This document shows positions 46,979 to 52,150 of a stretch of 52,150 bases of DNA, in pieces (position 1 is the stretch's first letter; each line of letters begins with the position of its first letter). The stretch lies in IMG/VR virus record IMGVR_UViG_3300024979_000007, positions 1 to 52,150 of that record; one strand, written 5' to 3'. The translations under genes and the position numbers were made by a program. The notes below the pieces were generated by a model that saw only the letters and a list, made by a program, of their open reading frames with translations, searched no databases and was not told where the DNA came from. The stretch comes from a virus (taxonomy: Duplodnaviria > Caudoviricetes).

Positions 46979-47391
46979 TGATGATTGCACTCACGTTACC
47001 ACTGCCACCAAGCATGAACAGCTACTGGCGCAGCGCGACGACAAAGGTCAAGCGGCCGACTCAATTCGGTCGCCTGATGAAAACTGCCAAGTCACCAATC
47101 ACGGTTTATATCAGCGACAAAGGCCAGCAGTTCCGCACGGATGTCATTGCTGCAGTTCTGCAGGCCAGAGCAAACAAGAAACTAACCGGCCGGCTGCAGG
47201 TGGACTTGGTTATCCATCCGGCTGACAGGCGAGTGCAGGACATCGATAACCGCATCAAAGCAACGCTGGACGCACTGACGCACGCTGGCGTCTACGCCGA
47301 TGACTCGCAGATTGACCGGCTGATAGTTTGCCGCGGCGAAATCATCAAAGGTGGACAGTGCCAGGTATTAATCACAGAGCTGCAGGGGTAA
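46978..47391 (+). CDS. rusA: RusA Holliday junction resolvase
   Basis: LPLPPSMNSYWR..DRRVQDIDNRIKATLDAL..DDSQID. Confidence 0.95.
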   Translation: MMIALTLPLPPSMNSYWRSATTKVKRPTQFGRLMKTAKSPITVYISDKGQQFRTDVIAAVLQARANKKLTGRLQVDLVIHPADRRVQDIDNRIKATLDALTHAGVYADDSQIDRLIVCRGEIIKGGQCQVLITELQG

Positions 47392-47394
47392 CGC

Positions 47395-47970
47395 ATGGTA
47401 GCAACAGTCGAACGTCTATACACACGCCAGGTGCCAAAGAGCATCACCGGCAGCGAGCTGATGTTTAAGAAGTCGGCCAATCCGATGACCGGCGAAGATG
47501 TGCTGGGTTTGCTCGGGCAGGTTCAGCACCGGGAACCGATCGGAGCTTTGGTCCTCGACGCGCAGATAGCGCAGCACGCCGCTGCTCGGGCGAAGTTGGT
47601 TGGTGCATTGCAGGCAACGCTGGCAGCGATGGGCAAGGGCGATGATTTGGCCTATGCGATGGCTGAAGCTGCAGTGAGCGAAGTGGTTGATACGCATATC
47701 TGCGGCAAGTGTCACGGCACTGGTCAGGTGTTCAGCCGCAAGTTTAACCAGGTGAACGAGTGCAACAAGTGCGCCGGCGTCGGGCGGATCATCCCGAGTG
47801 AAGTCGTGTTGCTGCGGTCTATCAATCTGCACCTGGCTGAGCCGTTAACCAAAGCGGAGTGGGGCCGCAAGCACTACGACGATTTTATGGATGCAGTTGA
47901 CACCCTGCATAGACATGCAAGCAATGCTGGCCGTTGCGCTCGTATGTTGTTGGATGGGATGGGAGAATAA
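47395..47970 (+). CDS. Late antiterminator Q-like protein
   Basis: CGKCHGTG..CNKCAGVG zinc finger; after rusA and before the late promoter and terminators. Confidence 0.8.
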   Translation: MVATVERLYTRQVPKSITGSELMFKKSANPMTGEDVLGLLGQVQHREPIGALVLDAQIAQHAAARAKLVGALQATLAAMGKGDDLAYAMAEAAVSEVVDTHICGKCHGTGQVFSRKFNQVNECNKCAGVGRIIPSEVVLLRSINLHLAEPLTKAEWGRKHYDDFMDAVDTLHRHASNAGRCARMLLDGMGE

Positions 47971-47972
47971 AA

Positions 47973-48647
47973 ATGGCTATGCTCGATATATTCCCTGGCG
48001 CTCGTTTCAGCACTAAAAACTGCGGCCATGTAGAGGTTGTTGAGGTCATAAATCATCAGTGTGTTTCGATCCAGTTTGTCGAAACCGGTTGGGTTACAAG
48101 CGTAACAGCAAAGCTTTTGCGGCTGGGAGCGCTGAAGGATCTGATGAAGAAATCTGTACTCGGAGTCGGATTTATAGGCGATGGTCGACACAGAGCTGTA
48201 ATCGGCAAATCAAGAACGCTTGCATATGCCAAGTGGAGTAGCATGCTCACTCGGTGCTATAGCGAAAAGTACCAAGATAAATTTCCCGCTTACAAAGGGT
48301 GCCTGGTGGATCCTGAGTGGCATAACTTCCAGAATTTTGCTGAATGGTTTGAACTGAATTACCCAAATAAAGCGGGAAGTTTTGATCTCGACAAAGACAG
48401 TAAGCTTGTTGGCAATAGAGTTTACAGTCCCGACACTTGCACATTTATCAGGAAATCAGAAAACGTAGCGCTAGCTAACAAGAAAAAGTCAAAGGCATGC
48501 AAACTGATTAACCCAGACGGTGCTGTTGTTGAGCGTAAAAGTGTGTCTGATTTTGTCGTGGAGTTTAATCTCAATAATGGTGGTATTTGGCGTATACAAA
48601 AAGTGCGCGGAGCAAAACACAAGGGGTGGTCAGGTATCCACGATTGA
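47973..48647 (+). CDS. HNH-type homing endonuclease
   Basis: GVGFIG..W.SMLTRCY..Y.GC.V..EWHNFQNFAEW..LDKD..YSPDTC.F..EN; C-terminal HKGW DNA-binding-like module. Confidence 0.85.
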   Translation: MAMLDIFPGARFSTKNCGHVEVVEVINHQCVSIQFVETGWVTSVTAKLLRLGALKDLMKKSVLGVGFIGDGRHRAVIGKSRTLAYAKWSSMLTRCYSEKYQDKFPAYKGCLVDPEWHNFQNFAEWFELNYPNKAGSFDLDKDSKLVGNRVYSPDTCTFIRKSENVALANKKKSKACKLINPDGAVVERKSVSDFVVEFNLNNGGIWRIQKVRGAKHKGWSGIHD

Positions 48648-48700
48648 ACTAATTCACAATTCTGCTACACCTAAAGCCTGACCCATCACCGGAGCAAGGA

Positions 48701-48907
48701 ATGCTCTTCGAAAACATCCCGCGCGGTAGTCTGGCCGCAACACTCACAGCAGCTGACATGCTAAGCCGGCTAGAATCATGCCCCAACAAAACTACTGAAC
48801 TGCGTCATGCAGTGGCCGTGGTCAGTCAGCGCATGCTGGATCCGTGTCGGTATGTCGGGCGGGCGGAGTTGGAAAGGTGTTTGGGGATGGTCGAGCAGCT
48901 TTACTGA
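48701..48907 (+). CDS. Hypothetical protein
   Basis: GGAG/AAGGA RBS; 68 aa. Confidence 0.6.
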   Translation: MLFENIPRGSLAATLTAADMLSRLESCPNKTTELRHAVAVVSQRMLDPCRYVGRAELERCLGMVEQLY

Positions 48908-48929
48908 TGATCTTCGCTAAATTCCCCCA

Positions 48930-48970
48930 TCAAGCCTATTGATCTTGAAAAAAGTAGGCTTATTATTTCC
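48930..48970 (+). promoter_or_regulatory. Late promoter pR'-like
   Basis: TTGATC-16-TATTAT (48939-48966) with an AAGCCTA/TAGGCTT inverted repeat; followed by terminators. Confidence 0.65.
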
Positions 48971-49003
48971 ACATCATCGGACTTTCCTGCCCGATGTGAA
49001 AAT

Positions 49004-49028
49004 AACCCCGGCAATCGCTGGGGTTTTT
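49004..49028 (+). terminator. tR'-like terminator
   Basis: AACCCCGGC-AATC-GCTGGGGTTTTT. Confidence 0.85.
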
Positions 49029-49067
49029 GCTTTTTAACGCCCTGTTTTCTACACCCAGAACTTCTTC

Positions 49068-49099
49068 ACCCCGGTCTGTTTACTCAGCCGGGGTTTTTT
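49068..49099 (+). terminator. Second late-leader terminator
   Basis: ACCCCGG..CCGGGGTTTTTT. Confidence 0.8.
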
Positions 49100-49457
49100 C
49101 ATTCTGGGCCGGTGGTGAGTCGCACCATGCGATTGGCCAGCCGGAATCGAGGACAAGGAACACAGAATTCAAATGACTGCAGTAAGCGCCGAGCATGAGC
49201 GTTTGCTTGCAGTAAGCAACAAAGCCGGAACCCAGAAAATCTTCGCCAGGGCAGAACGCGCTGATGCCTTCGATTTTCACCCGGACAACCGCTGAGCCAA
49301 CAGAGCTGACATCAACGAATCCGCCAAAGTGCGTGGGCCTGAAGTCATCGCGCAGCCTGACATCAACTGTCTGGCCGCAAGCGAGGCTGTGCCCTGCAAC
49401 TACGTGCGGTGCGAGCGTGACAACGCCACGGTTGAATCTGCGTCTGATGGCTGGCAT
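49080..49457 (-). CDS. Orphan protein, possibly SOS-regulated
   Basis: 125-aa ORF with globular beta-rich composition; starts 15 bp from the SOS box; minus-strand extended -10 TGTTATACT; weak RBS. Confidence 0.5.
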   Translation of the reverse strand: MPAIRRRFNRGVVTLAPHVVAGHSLACGQTVDVRLRDDFRPTHFGGFVDVSSVGSAVVRVKIEGISAFCPGEDFLGSGFVAYCKQTLMLGAYCSHLNSVFLVLDSGWPIAWCDSPPAQNEKTPAE

Positions 49458-49472
49458 GTGATCAACTAATGA

Positions 49473-49488
49473 CTGTATATAAATACAG
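49473..49488. promoter_or_regulatory. LexA (SOS) box
   Basis: CTGTATATAAATACAG, near the gammaproteobacterial CTGT-N8-ACAG consensus. Confidence 0.9.
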
Positions 49489-49508
49489 TATAACAGGGTG
49501 GGCTTGAA

Positions 49509-49988
49509 ATGGGCTTATACATCGGCACCAAATTAATCAAAGCGCAGGCTATGACACGTTTGGCATATAACCAGCTGCGTGGCTGGGATTTGCCGGCAGA
49601 CGAAAACGGCGATGACAAAGGCTATCTGGTTGAATACGTCGATGGCGGTAAACCGAACCATCCAGATTTTGCCGGCTACATCAGCTGGTCGCCAATAGAT
49701 GTTTTCGAACGGGCATATCAGCCGACCTCCGGCATGGACTTTGGGCTAGCGCTGAATGCTGTAAAAGCTGGAAAGTACGTTTCTCGCTCTGGCTGGAAAG
49801 ATTCCGGTCAATACATCTTTGGCATCGGCATGCCTGGCAGTGGTGATTACTGGACCTACACCAATGGCAAGAATGATAACTGCAAATTGGTGCCGTTCTT
49901 GGCAATCAGAACTGTTCAGAATTCAACTGTCCCTTGGCTCGCCAGCCAAACCGACTTGCTTGCCACTGACTGGTACATCGTAGAGTAA
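49509..49988 (+). CDS. Two-domain anti-defence protein: N-terminal YIGTK..GYISWSP domain plus DUF2829/Tad2-family domain
   Basis: C-terminal MDFGLAL..K.GK.VSRSGW..VPWLASQTDLLATDWYIVE is the DUF2829 signature. Confidence 0.85.
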   Translation: MGLYIGTKLIKAQAMTRLAYNQLRGWDLPADENGDDKGYLVEYVDGGKPNHPDFAGYISWSPIDVFERAYQPTSGMDFGLALNAVKAGKYVSRSGWKDSGQYIFGIGMPGSGDYWTYTNGKNDNCKLVPFLAIRTVQNSTVPWLASQTDLLATDWYIVE

Positions 49989-49990
49989 CC

Positions 49991-50464
49991 ATGTCCACCC
50001 AGACCAAACTCGCATCCCGCGGCATCATCGGTGCCGTGGCGCTTTCTGCTGCCCTGCTGGTCATGCCGTGGGAAGGGAAAGAGAACGAAGTTTATCTGGA
50101 TCCGGCAAACATCTTAACCAGCTGCTACGGCCACACCGACCCCGAGTTGAAGCCCGGCATGAAGTTCACCGACGAACAGTGTCTGGATCAGCTCGCAGCT
50201 GACCTGAGCAAACATAACCGGCAAATGCTGGCTGTGGTGCAAGTGCCGCTCTCCGAAGGTGAGCATGCGGCTTACCTGTCCTTTGTCTATAACGCCGGCG
50301 CTGGCCGGTGGCAGAAATCCACGATGCTGCAGCTGCTCAATCAGGGCAAGCGCAAAGAGGCGTGCCACCAGTTAATGCGCTGGGTTTACATCAAAGGGCA
50401 ATTCTCACAAGGGCTTCACAACCGCAGACGCGCCGAAGCCAAACTTTGCATGAGGGATTTGTAA
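49991..50464 (+). CDS. SAR endolysin, GH24 lysozyme
   Basis: Weakly hydrophobic N-terminal anchor; E-X8-D-X5-T triad (WEG..YLD..ILTSCYGHT); SFVYNAG; GLHNRR. Confidence 0.95.
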   Translation: MSTQTKLASRGIIGAVALSAALLVMPWEGKENEVYLDPANILTSCYGHTDPELKPGMKFTDEQCLDQLAADLSKHNRQMLAVVQVPLSEGEHAAYLSFVYNAGAGRWQKSTMLQLLNQGKRKEACHQLMRWVYIKGQFSQGLHNRRRAEAKLCMRDL

Positions 50465-50952
50465 TGCGTTCATACTTTAAGTCCGGCCTGCTGGCCGCAA
50501 TCTGTTTATCCGTTCTGGCCCTTGGTGGCTTTGCTGCACATCAGTCGATTGAGCTGACACAAGCTCAGGCTGCGATTGAAGCCAAAGACATCACCATCAA
50601 AACCCAATCCGACTCGCTGACCGAACTGGCAGCAACCGTCGATACGCTGTCCGGTCAGGTCGATGACCTGGTAACGCAGGCCGAACTGGTGGCCGCTCTC
50701 AATGCAGAGCACGAGCAAAACAAACAGGTGATTGCCGACACAGGCAACGACTGGCTGAACAACTCCAACAAACTGCAGGTATCCGAACATGAAACCACGC
50801 GAACTTGGGCTGCTATGCCTTTGCCTGATGATGCTCGCCGGATGCTCATCGACGCCAGCACCAGTGGTCAAAACAGTCACAGTAAGCAAACCAGTATTCG
50901 TCCTGCCACCTTCAAACATGATGGCTACTGGTTGCCCGCTACGGCCATTTAA
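50464..50952 (+). CDS. i-spanin (Rz-like)
   Basis: N-terminal TM, coiled coil, WAAMPLPDDARRML. Confidence 0.85.
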   Translation: MRSYFKSGLLAAICLSVLALGGFAAHQSIELTQAQAAIEAKDITIKTQSDSLTELAATVDTLSGQVDDLVTQAELVAALNAEHEQNKQVIADTGNDWLNNSNKLQVSEHETTRTWAAMPLPDDARRMLIDASTSGQNSHSKQTSIRPATFKHDGYWLPATAI

Positions 50953-51097
50953 CGGCACCACAAATCTGGACCATCACCGGTACACCCTTCAGCTCATCAC
51001 GGACATCAAACTATGCAATCTGGAATCCGAGCGGTATCGCAAGTGGCGGAGCACTCAGGTATGCATGAAGGAACCAGGCTTATGTCTGAAAAAGTAA
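50789..51097 (+). CDS. o-spanin (Rz1-like) lipoprotein
   Basis: Overlaps Rz in another frame; lipobox LAGC; Pro-rich. Confidence 0.85.
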   Translation: MKPRELGLLCLCLMMLAGCSSTPAPVVKTVTVSKPVFVLPPSNMMATGCPLRPFNGTTNLDHHRYTLQLITDIKLCNLESERYRKWRSTQVCMKEPGLCLKK

Positions 51098-51297
51098 CAG
51101 CCAGTGGCTCTTACATTACAGCTGGGGCAACTACCGGCGTCGGCCTGCTCAGTCTGTCTGAGTGGGCTGTCGTAATCGGCATTCTGGCCACAATTGCGAC
51201 TTTCGCTTTGAACTACGTGGTGCAGGTCCGGAAGTTGAAAATGGATGAGCGTGAGCACGAAGCTCGGATGAAGCAGTACGAGACTGAGGCTGACTGA
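51082..51297 (+). CDS. Holin (HP1/phage 21-like)
   Basis: EKVT..SY..G...LSEWAVVIGIL..TF.LN then a charged tail. Confidence 0.8.
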   Translation: MSEKVTASGSYITAGATTGVGLLSLSEWAVVIGILATIATFALNYVVQVRKLKMDEREHEARMKQYETEAD

Positions 51298-51851
51298 TGA
51301 CAGGTGCAGTAACTGCCTTTGGTGAAGATGGAAATCTCACAGCCAAAGAGGCTTTGTTTGTTCATCACTACGTGACCAACGGTTACAACGCCGCAGCCGC
51401 AGCCAGATCTGCAGGCTTTGCTGAATCATCCGCCAATACACAAGGCGCGAAGCTAGTCGCTAAGCCCAGAGTTAAAGCGGCCATCGATGCACTGATAGCG
51501 CCAACACTCAAAAAACTGAATGTCACCAAAGACCGGATCATCGAAGAGCTGGCCCTGATTGCATTCTCTGATATCGGCGAGGCATTCAATGCCAACGGTG
51601 ATTTGCTGCCAATCCACGACATGCCAGAAAGCATCCGCCGGGCGTTATCCGGTATCGATGTCGACATGCTGTTTGAAGGTCGCGGCGAAGATAAAGAACA
51701 CGTTGGCTTCACCAAAAAAATCCGCACCTGGGAAAAGACAAAAGCCATCGAGCTGCTCGGCAAACATCTGAAGATGTGGACCGACAAGATTGAGATTAAC
51801 GAGCGGCCAAAAGTCGTAGTCCGGGACTTCACCGGCGGAAATAAGGACTGA
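51297..51851 (+). CDS. terS: Terminase small subunit
   Basis: LTAKEALFV..Y..NAAAAARSAGF..G.KL..P.V; ELALIAFSD; KTKAIELLGKHLKMW. Confidence 0.95.
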   Translation: MTGAVTAFGEDGNLTAKEALFVHHYVTNGYNAAAAARSAGFAESSANTQGAKLVAKPRVKAAIDALIAPTLKKLNVTKDRIIEELALIAFSDIGEAFNANGDLLPIHDMPESIRRALSGIDVDMLFEGRGEDKEHVGFTKKIRTWEKTKAIELLGKHLKMWTDKIEINERPKVVVRDFTGGNKD

Positions 51852-51857
51852 TGCAGT

Positions 51858-52150
51858 GTGTCAGAGCAAACTGAAATTCGGTTTGAGATCCGCGCGCAAG
51901 GTGCGGTTCTCGCTGAATACATGCGCTGCAGGACTCGCGTTACTTGCATCATGGGCCCGCTCGGCTCTGGCAAGACATACGGAAGTTGTATGCGGGTCTT
52001 TAACCAGATCTGTGAACAGAAGCCCAACAGAAACGGGATCCGTAAAAGCCGCTGGATAGCGGTACGAAATACATATTCCGATCTTGAATCGACCACGATG
52101 AAAGATTGGAAGGACTTATACCACAGCGATGACATGCCGGCGCTTGGCCG
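51858..52150 (+). CDS. terL: Terminase large subunit, 5' part (continues at the window start)
   Basis: GTG 51858 after AAGGA, reading MSEQTEIRFEIRAQG..IMGPLGSGKT, in frame with ORF 28..1404. Confidence 0.9.
   Translation, partial: MSEQTEIRFEIRAQGAVLAEYMRCRTRVTCIMGPLGSGKTYGSCMRVFNQICEQKPNRNGIRKSRWIAVRNTYSDLESTTMKDWKDLYHSDDMPALG
51963..52150. repeat. Terminal direct repeat, copy 2
   Basis: Matches 1-188. Confidence 0.97.

Noticed and set aside
49173-49469. Plus-strand 40-aa ORF whose frame stays open after TGA (possible read-through)
   Set aside because: No recognisable motif or recoding signal; likely a shadow of the minus-strand ORF
51383-52135. 250-aa minus-strand ORF and the many other antisense ORFs in the track
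   Set aside because: They overlap well-supported genes (here terS/terL) and show no RBS or motifs

Overview
The window is a complete, circularly permuted temperate phage genome of about 51,962 bp. Bases 1-188 repeat at 51963-52150, and the break falls inside terL. It looks like a short-tailed (podovirus-like) phage of a Gammaproteobacterium: N4-gp56-type capsid, tail-tube and ejection genes, and no tape measure or sheath. Gene order: terL, portal, scaffold, capsid, adaptor/nozzle, several tail-fibre genes, ejection proteins, a 2923-aa polyvalent protein, attP, a tyrosine integrase, a moron and a structured non-coding block. Then come the leftward early genes (ssb, C5 and N6 methyltransferases, xis, DUF1351, recT, recE-like), an unusual control region, cro, O/P-like replication genes, rusA, Q, an HNH gene, the late promoter, a Tad2 fusion, lysis genes and terS. 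The main oddity is the control region (39.5-42.6 kb), where I find no autocleaving CI. It holds two divergent paralogous HTH proteins, a coupled three-gene cassette (FlgM-like small protein, multi-pass membrane protein, single-pass protein) and a secreted repeat protein. Shared operator motifs and LexA boxes tie these together, suggesting a signal-responsive lysis-lysogeny system. A near-consensus SOS box also sits between an orphan gene and the Tad2-family anti-defence fusion. All family calls come from recognising motifs by eye; no searches were run.
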